Source: Planctomycetota bacterium | Lineage (GTDB): Bacteria; Planctomycetota; SZUA-567; H5-PLA8 | Assembly: GCA_045863855.1 (NCBI GenBank) | Contig: BTVV01000022.1 | Location: forward strand, 1 to 64,000 | Direction of reading: 5' to 3' | DNA length: 64,000 bases | Notes under the pieces: generated by a model | Seen by the model: only the letters and a program-made list of their open reading frames with translations | Database searches by the model: none | Told to the model about the DNA's origin: nothing | Position numbers and translations under genes: made by a program | In this document: positions 8,980-19,339 of the stretch, in pieces | Layout of the letters: each line of letters starts with the position of its first letter | Position numbering within the stretch: position 1 is the stretch's first letter

Positions 8980-11004
8980 TTAGGGCTTCAATTCTTTAAC
9001 TGTAACGAGGCTGGCCGTGGCGATAAGCAGCGGAGCTTGCGCGCCGGCGGCGCATTCGAAGCGCAGTTCGTTTTCCGCTTTCAGCAAAGCCGAATCGATT
9101 CGAATACGATTGGTATAGGCCTCAAGCTCGCCCAACTTGATTTCGGATCCGTTCAGCGACAGGCGCAGCCTTTCGCGGTCGTTGCCATCCACTACGAACT
9201 TTACATACGCCTCGTCCAACGCTGCCAAGCCATCATCCGGCAGCGCGATCTTGAAACTGCGGGCTTCACCCGGCGCCAATCGCTCGAGCGTTTCGCGAGC
9301 CGGCCATTGCGTTTCGGAACTCACCGCCGGCGGCTTCTCGGGCTTCCCGGTCACGCGCAAAGTCCAGACGCGCGCCGAATGCGCGGCCATTTCGCCGTGC
9401 AATTCGATCTTCTCCGCGCGTCCTTCGGCACGGCCCGATTCCGTGCCCAGCAACACCAACCCCGCAGGTTCGGCCTCCACCCACGCTTCGCGCTGATGAA
9501 CCACCCCCCAGCCGGGCGGCGCCTGAACCACCAGGCTGAAAATCCGATCGTCCGGGGCATCGTTATAAGCCGCGATGCAAAGGACGGTGGAACCACCCTC
9601 CACGGGACCGAACCCGGCGACGACCCAAAGTCGGGGCAAGAAATTACGCACCTCCACCAATTTCCCGCGCAGCGGCTTCAATAGTTCAAAGGCCAGCGCG
9701 TCGCCGCCGTTTCGGTCGGCCTCGTGCGCGAAACGCGAGACCGCTTTATCGGGGCAAACCTCCAGCAGATGCAGCAGATCGCGGACGGTGTACCTGAACG
9801 CGCCATACGCGATCTGCTCAGGAGTTCCCGCGAAATCCGCGCGGGAAGCGCTAGGTCGGCCGGGATCGAGCATGCCAGACGCTGCGGTGTTGTAGAACGC
9901 CAAGGATTTGCCGTAGCGTGTCTTGCCGTAGGCCCAGGCCGTTTCGTAAGTGCCGGCCACCGAACGCGTATCGCCTCCGAAGTGATGCTCGTTAAGTCCG
10001 TCCACATAATCGTGAGCGTGATCGATGAGCGGCCGGTACAGCGTCTCCCAAGCTTTCCACCCCTCGTAATTCATCGGAAAGCCCCAACCCGCCACCAGCG
10101 CCACCTGCGGATGAGCCGCTTTCAGGGCCGGACCGAAGACTTCCAGCATGCGATGGTACAACGCGCGATTATGCGCCCCAGACCATGCGTACCTCTGCGT
10201 GGTATCCTTGGCCCACCACGCAGCGGTCCAGCGATACTCTCGCTCATTCCAGGTAAACGTAGCGCCTGCTTTGAGTGTCTCTTTGTTCGGCGCCCGATGC
10301 GTGGCCTCATAGTCGGTCCATCCGTTGTCCACACGCACCGCTTTGAAGCCGCGCGTCCAGACCAAGTTCGGAACCGGCTGTCCATCTTTACCCACGACCG
10401 GCTGCCCTTCGGCTGCGTTGCTAGAATCGTAAAAGCTCCCGTCGAAATTGACGCCCGGATTGGAAGCCCAATTTTGCGACGGCTCGTTCCACAGTTCGAT
10501 CGTATGCGCCTGTCCGGAAGCCTTGGCATTTGCGCCGTAGTTGCGCGCGAGGCGCTCCAGGTCGGATGACCAATCCTTGGGCTTCAACAGCGGCAGCGCC
10601 GGCTGATACCGATCCCAAAAGCACTCCAGCACCCGCTTGATGCCGGACGGACCGCCGGCCTCGCCATCTCCGGGTACTACCGGCACGCCATCGGGAACCC
10701 AGCGCGTGACACGCACGGCTTCAATACCCCATTGCTTGACCGTTACCGGCGTCAGCTTTGTGGCCTGGACGCCAAATAAGCCGTGCGGGATTTCGCCTAC
10801 GCCGTTGACTTCGCGCAGGCGGCCGGTGACTTCGACGCGCGGCATTTCATCCTCCGCACCGCAGAGCCACGACCCGCACAGGAGGATTGCTCCCGCCAGC
10901 ACGGCACCCGCATGCCTCCTTCGGATATTCAAGTCCGCGCGCATACGATTGGAATTGGCGTTCACTCGGCGCACTCTCCCAAACCGGAACGTACTCCAAC
11001 TCAT
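8980..11004 (-). CDS. Putative secreted glycoside hydrolase (clan A-like)
   Basis: IELWNEP acid/base-like motif, signal-like segment, beta-rich C-terminus; true start uncertain. Confidence 0.5.
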   Translation of the reverse strand: MSWSTFRFGRVRRVNANSNRMRADLNIRRRHAGAVLAGAILLCGSWLCGAEDEMPRVEVTGRLREVNGVGEIPHGLFGVQATKLTPVTVKQWGIEAVRVTRWVPDGVPVVPGDGEAGGPSGIKRVLECFWDRYQPALPLLKPKDWSSDLERLARNYGANAKASGQAHTIELWNEPSQNWASNPGVNFDGSFYDSSNAAEGQPVVGKDGQPVPNLVWTRGFKAVRVDNGWTDYEATHRAPNKETLKAGATFTWNEREYRWTAAWWAKDTTQRYAWSGAHNRALYHRMLEVFGPALKAAHPQVALVAGWGFPMNYEGWKAWETLYRPLIDHAHDYVDGLNEHHFGGDTRSVAGTYETAWAYGKTRYGKSLAFYNTAASGMLDPGRPSASRADFAGTPEQIAYGAFRYTVRDLLHLLEVCPDKAVSRFAHEADRNGGDALAFELLKPLRGKLVEVRNFLPRLWVVAGFGPVEGGSTVLCIAAYNDAPDDRIFSLVVQAPPGWGVVHQREAWVEAEPAGLVLLGTESGRAEGRAEKIELHGEMAAHSARVWTLRVTGKPEKPPAVSSETQWPARETLERLAPGEARSFKIALPDDGLAALDEAYVKFVVDGNDRERLRLSLNGSEIKLGELEAYTNRIRIDSALLKAENELRFECAAGAQAPLLIATASLVTVKELKP

Positions 11005-11154
11005 GGTTTCGCACTTTCTCTCATTCGGCCCCTGCGATCAAGCAAACTCGGCATCGAGTCCGCAGGGCATCTCGTGCTTTTCCGTATCCTGCTCCATCCG
11101 CTCACGCACGCGCGCACTTGCCTCCTGTTCCGTGTTGCAGTAGAGCTTGTTTCT

Positions 11155-11982
11155 ATGAGCGACACTCCTGGCCAGAAGGCATTCACCGCGGTGCTGGCGC
11201 TGCTTTGCGTGCTCTTCGCGGCGCTGTGGTGGATGGGCCGTTCGTCGGCCGCCGTGATCGTCCCCACGCCGCCCCCGCCTCCTCCGCCGCCGGCCGCGGA
11301 CGCCGCCGAGGCCCCCGCCCCGCTTGAGAAGTTATTGTCCGATACGCGCCCCAAGGTTCGCCAGAAAGCGCTGGAATTGCTTACCGAGCTCAACCCGCAA
11401 CTTGCCGGCCGCGAAGTGCCACGTCTGTTGCAAACGGAGCAGGATCCCTCGGTGCTGCTCGCGGCCTTGCACGCCGCCGGACACTTAAAGCTCGCCTCCG
11501 CATACGGGCCGGTATTCGAGCAGCTTGACCGCGACGATCCGGCCGTCCGGCGCAAAGCCGCCGCCACGCTGGGGCAATTGGGAGAAGCCCTGAACGCCAC
11601 GCAGCGCGACGAAGCCGCCGTGCGCATTGGCCGTGGGCTTAAGTCCGAGCAAGATCAACTGGGCGGTGCGCTGACACCCGCCAACGCCGGCGCCTTGCTG
11701 CCGTACTTGGGTGCGCTGAGCCAGTTGGGCGCGCCTGCCGGCGCACCGTTTTTGCTCGAATTCCTGCGTTGCGACGTGCCGCTCGTGCGCCGGCTAAGCG
11801 CCGAAGCTTTGGACCGCTGCGCGCAAGCCGAGCACGAGAAGGCGCTCATGGCCGCATGGCGCGGCGAGAGCGACGCCATGGTGCGCGCAGCGATCGAGAA
11901 GGTTCTCGCACGACCGCCCTTTGGCTACGCGCTGGACCGCGAACGTAAGATGCTCGTGCGCAAGACGGAGACGGCGCCTTGA
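11155..11982 (+). CDS. Membrane-anchored HEAT-repeat protein
   Basis: N-terminal TM, poly-Pro linker, repeated VR..AA..LG units. Confidence 0.7.
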   Translation: MSDTPGQKAFTAVLALLCVLFAALWWMGRSSAAVIVPTPPPPPPPPAADAAEAPAPLEKLLSDTRPKVRQKALELLTELNPQLAGREVPRLLQTEQDPSVLLAALHAAGHLKLASAYGPVFEQLDRDDPAVRRKAAATLGQLGEALNATQRDEAAVRIGRGLKSEQDQLGGALTPANAGALLPYLGALSQLGAPAGAPFLLEFLRCDVPLVRRLSAEALDRCAQAEHEKALMAAWRGESDAMVRAAIEKVLARPPFGYALDRERKMLVRKTETAP

Positions 11983-12377
11983 GCGCCCAGCGTTCGGCAC
12001 GCGCGATGTCAAAATCTCCTCGGCCCAAGCGCCGAGCGCCGGCGCCCTCCCGCTGGTCGGTGTACATGATTCGCTGCCGCGGAGGCGCGTTGTATACGGG
12101 CATTGCTCAGGATGTGCGCCTGCGTCTGGCCGAACACCGCAAGCCTCATGGCAATGGCGCAAAATTTCTACGCGGCAAAGGGCCGCTGCGCCTAGTCTTT
12201 CATCACGAACTAGGCGCCAAGGGTCTGGCCTTAAGCGTGGAGGCGCGGATCAAACGCCTTTCGAAGGTTCAGAAGGAAGCCATGCTCAAGCGGCGTGCTG
12301 CGGTCTCCGAAATAATTGCCGAAGCGCGCGGCGCATTCGAATTGCGCCAAAAGGCCATTCCCAAAGTCCGCTCATGA
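11979..12377 (+). CDS. GIY-YIG nuclease family protein (UPF0213-like)
   Basis: WSVYMIRC..GALYTGI...RL..H...GAKF.RG; EARIKRL. Confidence 0.85.
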   Translation: MSAQRSARAMSKSPRPKRRAPAPSRWSVYMIRCRGGALYTGIAQDVRLRLAEHRKPHGNGAKFLRGKGPLRLVFHHELGAKGLALSVEARIKRLSKVQKEAMLKRRAAVSEIIAEARGAFELRQKAIPKVRS

Positions 12378-12931
12378 ATCCAAATCCTTCCAACCCCGCC
12401 ATAGCCATGCAGCGCACACACCTCGAAGGGTTGCCCGCGCCCAGCATTCCAAGCGGCTTTCGCCTGCGCGCATTCGCATCCGGCGACGAAATGCGTTGGC
12501 TCGCGCTGCAGCAAGCCTCCGATAGGCTGAGCGTGTTCACGCCGGAAACGTTCCAGCTCAAATTCGGAATCGACGCCGCTGCGCACGCCGCGCGCATTCG
12601 TTTTCTGGAAACCGATGCGGGCGAACCGGTGGCCACCGCCGCAGCCTGGTTCGACGACCTCTACCGGCGCCCCGAGTTCGGACGCGTGCACTGGGTAGCC
12701 GTCCACCCGGCCTATCAGGGACGCGGGTTAAGCACTCCGCTTATGCTCGCGATTCTGACCCTGCTGCGCGAACGGGGCCACGGCGCGGCCTACCTCACCA
12801 CCGGCACCGCTCGAATCGCGGCGATCAACCTGTACCTAAAGTTAGGCTTTACGCCTTGGCTGCGGGACGACCAGGAACGACGGCATTGGGAAGTCATTCA
12901 ACCCGCCCTTAAGTACCCACTCGCGCTTTAA
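12374..12931 (+). CDS. GNAT family N-acetyltransferase
   Basis: VAVHPAYQGRGL, AINLYLKLGF; ATGA overlap with the upstream gene. Confidence 0.85.
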   Translation: MNPNPSNPAIAMQRTHLEGLPAPSIPSGFRLRAFASGDEMRWLALQQASDRLSVFTPETFQLKFGIDAAAHAARIRFLETDAGEPVATAAAWFDDLYRRPEFGRVHWVAVHPAYQGRGLSTPLMLAILTLLRERGHGAAYLTTGTARIAAINLYLKLGFTPWLRDDQERRHWEVIQPALKYPLAL

Positions 12932-13015
12932 CCCCACATTGCGCATTGGGACTGGACTCGCGGATGGGGTAGAATGTAGGCGTCCTGGCTATGGGCCCGA
13001 GGCGTCTTTACGCGT

Positions 13016-15361
13016 ATGTCCACCGAACATACCGAACTCGACATGAATCTGGCGCGGCAGGCCCATCGTGAAGGCCGGCGCGAACAGATGTGGTACACGC
13101 TCCAGCAGATCGCCGAAAACGGGCGCATCGACCAGTGCGTGGAAGCGGTTCGATTCATCGGCACGCTGCAACCGTTCGACGAAGAGCACAGTCTGGCGGT
13201 CTTCGACCGATTAAGCGGCATGTCGAGCCCGGACGTGCGCACCGCGCTCATGGACATCATGCCGCACTTGGCGGGCCGCGAATCGAGTTCGCGCACTAGC
13301 CTGCTTGAGCGCCTGCTCAATTACTCCAAGTATTGGGACCGCGTGAGCCAGCAGGTCGCGAAGCAGGGCAGCGCGGGTATGTCCGGTTCGTGGCACAAAA
13401 TGGGCCTTTGGGAGAAGGCGATTCTCCGTGCGCTCGCCGCCGCACAGGGCCGCAAGCCTACCGCGCCCAGCCCGATCAAAGAGATCGCCCAGAACCTGAG
13501 CATCTTCCAGCCTCTGCTGCCCGATATCGAACTGCGCCTCAAACTCGACAGCTTCGTCGAGAGCGGCATGCTCAAACGCGACAGCTACGTCCGCTACGGG
13601 TTCGCCACGGCGCAAGATCAGCGCTACATCGACGAAAGCGGCGACCTGCTGGCGCTGGTGCGCGAGCACCGCGACGATCTGGTCAACATGCTCAGCCTTG
13701 AGAATTTCAACGCATTCCGTAACGCGTTAAAGCAGCACAAGACCGTCCCGATGGAACGCTGGCTGGAATGCTTCGGCCTGGACAGCCTGGAGTTCAAAAC
13801 GCGGGAGACCCTGGTCCAGAACATGCTCGAATGGCGCAAGGCGGTGACCGACGAGGTCCGCACGCGGGAACTCGGACACGCCGCAGAAGCGATGATTGCC
13901 GACCTCGCTCCGCGCATCCGCATCGAGACGCAGCAGACCGGAACCACCGACGACTTTCTGTACTTCTCCGGACGCAAGCTGGGCCTGCGCAATCCGAAGC
14001 TCTCGCGCATTTCCTTGCTGCTCCCGCGCCACTCGGGCGTGGATGAGACCGCCATCAAACGCCTCGAAGAGTGGATCGTGCGCGAGAGTTTCTCGCAGCA
14101 GATTTTCGTGATCCTAAGCAGCCGCCCGGACCGCTCCGTCATGCGCAAGGAAGCCGACGGAAGCGGCTACGATATCGTCGTCTTCGAAGAGCGGCACATG
14201 ATGCGCCTGGCGCTATCGCCGCACCAGGACAAGACCTTCATGCGCATGGTCCTGGAGAGCTGCGACCTCGAAAGCCTTTCGCCGTACGAATCCCAAGCGC
14301 CGGTGCGCGAAATGTTTTACGGCCGCGAGGGCCTCGTCAAAGAGATTCTGCGCAGCCAGAAAGGCTACGCGCTGGTCGGCACCCGCCGCATGGGCAAAAC
14401 GTCCCTGCTGTTTAGGCTCCAGGACGAAATCAAGAAGCGCCCTAAGTCCGAAACGCTCTTCTTGGAATGCGGCGGCGTGAACGATCCGCAGCCCCTGGCC
14501 GAACGCATTGCGCATTCGCTCAAGCTTTCCCTCGGCCGCACCTTCGACGTCGACGATTTCGACCGCGCGATGCGCAAGTATCTCGAATCGTCCGGCAAAC
14601 ACCTGTACTGCTTCTTCGACGAGATCGACGATCTCGTCGCCGCGGGCAAGCAGGGCGAGCCGCTCTGGCAGGTCTTCAAATCGCTCTCCTTCGAAGGGCG
14701 CATGACCGTGTACGTCGCGGGCTTCAGCGAACTTTTCGCGCGTTACCGCGACTACGAATCGCTCTTCTTCAACTTTCTTATTTTCCGGCGCCTGAGCGCC
14801 CTCGACCGGCGCAGCGCTTTCGCGCTCATCGCCGCGCCCGTCCAGGAACTGGGGCTCAAATTCGAAGACGAAGAGCGGCTGGTGAATTCGATCCTCGAGA
14901 AGACCAGCACCCATCCCAACATCATTCAGATTTTCAGCGACCTGTTGGTCAAGCGCATGGCCCGCCGCACACGCCGGGTCATCCTGGCCAGCGACATTGA
15001 AGAAATCGCGCGGCACCCGGACTTCGAGGAAATGATCATCCGGATCATGCATTCGAACCTGATCCGGCCCGTCGAAAAGCTGTTGCTGCTGCTGGTGGCC
15101 TACTACAATTTGAGGCCGATCTCGCTGTCGCAGGTGGCCGAACTCCTGGGCGATTGGGACGTGAACGTCCCCATCGGCGATGTCGCCGCCCTGCTGGACC
15201 GGCTGGTGCTTTACGCGGTGTTCGAGGAGCGCGAAGGGCAGTACGATTTTGCGCATCCGTATTTTGCCACGATCCTGCGCAACCGGGACGTCGAGGCGTT
15301 GATCACCTACTACGTGGATGAGGTTACCAAGGATCTTGGCGCAGCCAGCCCACGCGAGTAA
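13016..15361 (+). CDS. STAND/AAA-like P-loop ATPase with long N-terminal region
   Basis: MFYGRE, Walker A GTRRMGKTS, Walker B CFFDEID, HPNIIQ (GxP-like), probable C-terminal wHTH. Confidence 0.75.
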   Translation: MSTEHTELDMNLARQAHREGRREQMWYTLQQIAENGRIDQCVEAVRFIGTLQPFDEEHSLAVFDRLSGMSSPDVRTALMDIMPHLAGRESSSRTSLLERLLNYSKYWDRVSQQVAKQGSAGMSGSWHKMGLWEKAILRALAAAQGRKPTAPSPIKEIAQNLSIFQPLLPDIELRLKLDSFVESGMLKRDSYVRYGFATAQDQRYIDESGDLLALVREHRDDLVNMLSLENFNAFRNALKQHKTVPMERWLECFGLDSLEFKTRETLVQNMLEWRKAVTDEVRTRELGHAAEAMIADLAPRIRIETQQTGTTDDFLYFSGRKLGLRNPKLSRISLLLPRHSGVDETAIKRLEEWIVRESFSQQIFVILSSRPDRSVMRKEADGSGYDIVVFEERHMMRLALSPHQDKTFMRMVLESCDLESLSPYESQAPVREMFYGREGLVKEILRSQKGYALVGTRRMGKTSLLFRLQDEIKKRPKSETLFLECGGVNDPQPLAERIAHSLKLSLGRTFDVDDFDRAMRKYLESSGKHLYCFFDEIDDLVAAGKQGEPLWQVFKSLSFEGRMTVYVAGFSELFARYRDYESLFFNFLIFRRLSALDRRSAFALIAAPVQELGLKFEDEERLVNSILEKTSTHPNIIQIFSDLLVKRMARRTRRVILASDIEEIARHPDFEEMIIRIMHSNLIRPVEKLLLLLVAYYNLRPISLSQVAELLGDWDVNVPIGDVAALLDRLVLYAVFEEREGQYDFAHPYFATILRNRDVEALITYYVDEVTKDLGAASPRE

Positions 15362-17432
15362 CCCGTTCGAATACCAGGAGCCCCTGCTTCCGGACAGCCC
15401 GGGCGCATTGTGCCTGGACCGCGGCGGCTTCGTGCGCCAAGCGCTGCACCTGCTGCGACGTGGCGGCTTCTTGACCGTCTCCGCCCCGCCCCATTCCGGC
15501 GTCACCAGCTTCCTGTACACCCTGCGCAGGAATTTTCCCCGCGCCGCGCATCTCGACCTGGCCAATCTCTCCTTCGCCGACGATCCCGCCCGAGAAGCCG
15601 CGGCGGTGCTGGCGCGCGATCTCCTCAAGCTCCGCCCGGGATTGGAACTGCCGGCCGAACCGGCCAGCGTCGCCGATGTATTGAGCGCGTTCTGCAAACA
15701 GACCGCCGCCGCGCCGTCGCACGAACGCCTCACCGTTATCGTCGACGGCTTCGACGCCTGGTCCGACGAATCGGCGCGCAAGCTGGCCCTCGCCCTGCGC
15801 GCGGCCTACACCGAAGCCCGCAATCCCGGCGCCGGCGGACCCGCCTTCTCCATCGTCACCGGCAGCGCCGTCGATCTGCGCGACCTCACTGCGAGCGGCC
15901 GGACCTCGCCGCTCAATCTGGCTCAGCACCTCTTCCTGACCGACTTTACCGAAGCAGAAGTCGACAAGATTCTGCGCATGGGGCTGGCCGGAAAAGCCTC
16001 CGACGACGAACTCACGGCCTGGGTGCGCTACACGAACCACTGGACCGCCGGGCATCCGGCGCTGGTCCAGATGATCGGCCATAAGGCATTCGATCTGCGC
16101 GACGCAGGCATCGATGCGGCGCAAGCCTTCGAACGCATCCTGCCCGTCGTTCGGGAAGAAGCCACCGACATGCTCAGTTCCACCCTCGGACTGCTGGCCG
16201 AACGCCCCGAACTGCGCAAACCCGCGGGAGAGATTTACAGCGGCAGCAGCGTCCCCTTCGACCGCATCCATCGCCCCATCCGCGAGTTGTATCACATGGG
16301 CCTGATCCGAAACGACGCGCGCGGCATCTGCAAACCGCGCTGCCCGCTCTTCGCCAGCGTCCTGACCTCCGCGTTGAACCTCGATGCGACCGCCCCGGCC
16401 GCGGGTTTATGGGACGCCGAAGCTACCGGACGCTTCACGCGCATGCCCGGCGAGCCGACCGTCGAGATCCGGACCGGCGCTTCGTCCGCTTCGTTGTTCG
16501 ACAGCCCCTTCGATGCGCATCCGAACGATTCGACGGTCCCCCCGACGCCGCTATCCGAATTGCGCCAGCGCCGCGAACGGCCCCCTTCCGCGCGCTTGCC
16601 CGAACCTGCGGGCACGATGATCTCGGCCGGCACGGTCCTGGGCGGCTGCCGCATCGAAAAGCGCATCGGTCGCGGAGCCATGAGCGAGGTGTATCTCGCC
16701 CGGCACCTCGCGCTCGATACGGATGTGGCCATCAAAGTGCTGCGCCAGACCGGCGACGACCGCCGCATCGCCCAGCGCTTTCTGCGCGAAGCCCGCGCCG
16801 CCGCCCAGCTTCGACACGAACATATCGTCCAGATTCGCAATGTCGGGCGCGAAGCGGAATACCGCTTCATCGAGATGGAGTACATCGGCGGCGGGAGCCT
16901 GGCCGATCTTCTAAAACAGTCGCCCTACGCCGATCTGGCCCGCGCCGCAAACATGCTCCGCCAAGCCGCTCGCGGACTGCAAGCCGCGCATACCAAAGGC
17001 GTGATCCACCGCGACATCAAACCCGACAATCTGATGCTCGGCGAAGACGGGAAGCTCAAGCTTGTGGACTTCGGCCTAGCGGCCGTTCTCTCGCTCGAGG
17101 AATCGCGCCTCACGCAAGAAGGCACCATTCTCGGCACCCCGCACTATATGGCGCCCGAACAGTGGGAAGGCAACATAGCCGACGAACGCTCCGATCTATA
17201 CAGCCTCGGCGCGACCTTCTACCACCTGCTCACCGGACATCCGCCTTTCGTCGGACGCACGATCGTGGAGTTGATCTCGAATTTCACGTCGAAGGAGTTG
17301 GTGCCGCCCGAGAAGCTGAACAAAAGCGTGGGCCGCCGCCTGTCGAAGGTCATCCGCCGGATGCTCGAGAAGAATCCCCAGGACCGCTACGGCTCCGTCG
17401 CCGATCTGCTTCTCGACTGCAAGCGGCTGTAG
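15318..17432 (+). CDS. AAA-like (degenerate P-loop) domain fused to a Ser/Thr protein kinase
   Basis: SAPPHSGVTS, IVDGFD, TAGHPALVQ; kinase GRGAMSEV, VAIK, HRDIKPDN, DFG, APE. Confidence 0.85.
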   Translation: MRLPRILAQPAHASNPFEYQEPLLPDSPGALCLDRGGFVRQALHLLRRGGFLTVSAPPHSGVTSFLYTLRRNFPRAAHLDLANLSFADDPAREAAAVLARDLLKLRPGLELPAEPASVADVLSAFCKQTAAAPSHERLTVIVDGFDAWSDESARKLALALRAAYTEARNPGAGGPAFSIVTGSAVDLRDLTASGRTSPLNLAQHLFLTDFTEAEVDKILRMGLAGKASDDELTAWVRYTNHWTAGHPALVQMIGHKAFDLRDAGIDAAQAFERILPVVREEATDMLSSTLGLLAERPELRKPAGEIYSGSSVPFDRIHRPIRELYHMGLIRNDARGICKPRCPLFASVLTSALNLDATAPAAGLWDAEATGRFTRMPGEPTVEIRTGASSASLFDSPFDAHPNDSTVPPTPLSELRQRRERPPSARLPEPAGTMISAGTVLGGCRIEKRIGRGAMSEVYLARHLALDTDVAIKVLRQTGDDRRIAQRFLREARAAAQLRHEHIVQIRNVGREAEYRFIEMEYIGGGSLADLLKQSPYADLARAANMLRQAARGLQAAHTKGVIHRDIKPDNLMLGEDGKLKLVDFGLAAVLSLEESRLTQEGTILGTPHYMAPEQWEGNIADERSDLYSLGATFYHLLTGHPPFVGRTIVELISNFTSKELVPPEKLNKSVGRRLSKVIRRMLEKNPQDRYGSVADLLLDCKRL

Positions 17433-17434
17433 AA

Positions 17435-18643
17435 TCAGCCTGTCGCGACGAGCTCCGAAACATCCAGGACATACATCTGCCGCGTGCCTTCGTGCGGGCT
17501 GTCGATGCAGACTTGCGTCCCGTCGCGGTTCCAGCGCGGATGGAGATCGCAGCGGATCGGCCCGTCGCAGACCGGTGGCGTATAGTACGAGCCCACGTCG
17601 AAGCGTTGTCCGTCACGCAGGCGAAACAGGATCAGCGGGCGCTCGCGCTTCGCGTCGGGGTACTGGTCGGTCAGCACCCACTTGCGGTCGGGCGAGTACG
17701 TGCAGTGTCCGTCCCGCGTCAATACGTCCGCACCCACCAGATCGGCTCCCGGCGTGCGGTCTTTGAACAAATAGTAATGATCGCCGTGCTCGTGCCGCCG
17801 CGCCCACGCCAGAAGGTGCTCCGCGTCCAGCCAATCGAAATGGCTGAACATGTCGTCGTCGCTGAGCACGAACGGATCGCTGCCGTCGCGGCTGAGCGTA
17901 TACGCGCGCGTGCCCCAGCTCATCGGCTTCCCGCCGATCGCGATCGGTCCGCCTTTGGGATTGCGCCAGCGGTGCAGGAAGAAGAAACGCTCGCTTCCCG
18001 GCGCGATGTACGGGTGATTGAACCAGTGCTCGGCGCCACGAAAATCCTCGCGTGCCTGAAACGACGCTGCGCGCTCCAGCGACCAGAGCAGCTCGGACTC
18101 GCCGCTGTGCAGATCCACCCGCCACATGCCATCCGCGGCGGGCGCCAGTTCGCCGCGCGTCCCGTCGATCGTCCCGTTGTACCCGTAACCCGGACGCGTG
18201 CGGTCGAGCCGCGCGAAATTCAGCGACAAGCCCCAGCGCCCGTCGGGGCTCACCGTGTACACCGGTCGCGGCAGCGTGCGAACTTCGCCGCTTATAATGT
18301 CGCGAATCTTGCAAACGAAGCGCCCGTCTTCGCGCGCGTTATATAGAATCTTCCGGTCCGGCGCATCGGGCAGCCATTGGAGCATGCAGCCTTGCTGCCA
18401 ACTCCAGGCATACGTCCGGTCCAGAGGCGTGAAGACGCCTTCGTTGCGCAGGTCGATCAGCCCGATGGTCAGCGCGTCCTCGGGTTCGGGCATGCGGTCC
18501 ATGAACGGCACTTCCATGGCCAGCATCAGGCGCCCCGTGGCATTCCACGGGCATTTGTCGTAGTAGCCAAAGAAGTGATGCTGCGGGCCGCGCGTCACCG
18601 CGCGGCACGGCGCCGGCCGGATCTCGATCTTTTGCGCGCTCAT
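17435..18643 (-). CDS. Beta-propeller protein (TolB/oligogalacturonate-lyase-like)
   Basis: HFFGYYDK.PW, DGHCTYSPD, RCDLHPRW. Confidence 0.65.
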   Translation of the reverse strand: MSAQKIEIRPAPCRAVTRGPQHHFFGYYDKCPWNATGRLMLAMEVPFMDRMPEPEDALTIGLIDLRNEGVFTPLDRTYAWSWQQGCMLQWLPDAPDRKILYNAREDGRFVCKIRDIISGEVRTLPRPVYTVSPDGRWGLSLNFARLDRTRPGYGYNGTIDGTRGELAPAADGMWRVDLHSGESELLWSLERAASFQAREDFRGAEHWFNHPYIAPGSERFFFLHRWRNPKGGPIAIGGKPMSWGTRAYTLSRDGSDPFVLSDDDMFSHFDWLDAEHLLAWARRHEHGDHYYLFKDRTPGADLVGADVLTRDGHCTYSPDRKWVLTDQYPDAKRERPLILFRLRDGQRFDVGSYYTPPVCDGPIRCDLHPRWNRDGTQVCIDSPHEGTRQMYVLDVSELVATG

Positions 18644-18644
18644 A

Positions 18645-19307
18645 TCAGGAAGACCCTTTGGCGATCTTCTTCAAGTCTTCGTCTTTTCCGATCACCACCA
18701 GCACATCCGAATCTTTGATCACCATATTCGGATCGGGTACGAGGTGCCATTGTTCGGGCACCAGGGAGCGAATGGCGACCACCTGCACGCCGTATTTCTG
18801 CCGGATCTCCGCGTCGCGCAGCGACTTGCCCACGATGTCTTCGGAGGGCGCGATTTCCACCAGCGAAAACCCGGGCGCCAGCGGCAGGAAATCCAGCACC
18901 GCTTGGAAGCCCAGGTGCTTGGCCAGCCGCATCGCGCTTTCGTACTCGGGGTAGATCACCCGCCCGATGCCCAGCTTGCGCAAAATGCGCTCGTGCTGCG
19001 GACTCATCACCTTCGCGATGATCTGCTTCACGCCGAGGTCTTTCAGGTGCAGGCACGTGAGAATGCTCGCTTCGAGCGACCCGCCCAACGCCACGACCAC
19101 GGCATCGAAGCTATCCAGTCCTAAAGACCGCAGCGCCTCGGGGTCCGTCACGTCCGCGATCGCCGCGCGCGTCACCACATCCTTCAACTCGTCGACTTTG
19201 TCCGGATCCCGGTCCACGGCCAGAACCTCGAACTCGTCGGCGCTCATTTGCCGCGCCACTTCGGAGCCGAACTTGCCCAGCCCCAGCACTACGAATTGCT
19301 TGGACAT
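18645..19307 (-). CDS. ktrA: K+ uptake regulatory subunit, KtrA/TrkA family
   Basis: GLGKFG RCK-N domain plus RCK-C domain; adjacent to a KtrB-like gene. Confidence 0.9.
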   Translation of the reverse strand: MSKQFVVLGLGKFGSEVARQMSADEFEVLAVDRDPDKVDELKDVVTRAAIADVTDPEALRSLGLDSFDAVVVALGGSLEASILTCLHLKDLGVKQIIAKVMSPQHERILRKLGIGRVIYPEYESAMRLAKHLGFQAVLDFLPLAPGFSLVEIAPSEDIVGKSLRDAEIRQKYGVQVVAIRSLVPEQWHLVPDPNMVIKDSDVLVVIGKDEDLKKIAKGSS

Positions 19308-19339
19308 GCCTTCCCTTTCGGTACGGATTCACCGGAACG

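Noticed and set aside
11979..12377. Homing endonuclease or mobile intron
   Set aside because: Short stand-alone UPF0213-type GIY-YIG protein in an ordinary operon; no interrupted host gene.
14213..18346. Long antisense or alternate-frame ORFs (e.g. 14213-15781, 16409-18346)
   Set aside because: Shadow ORFs expected in high-GC DNA overlapping well-supported genes.
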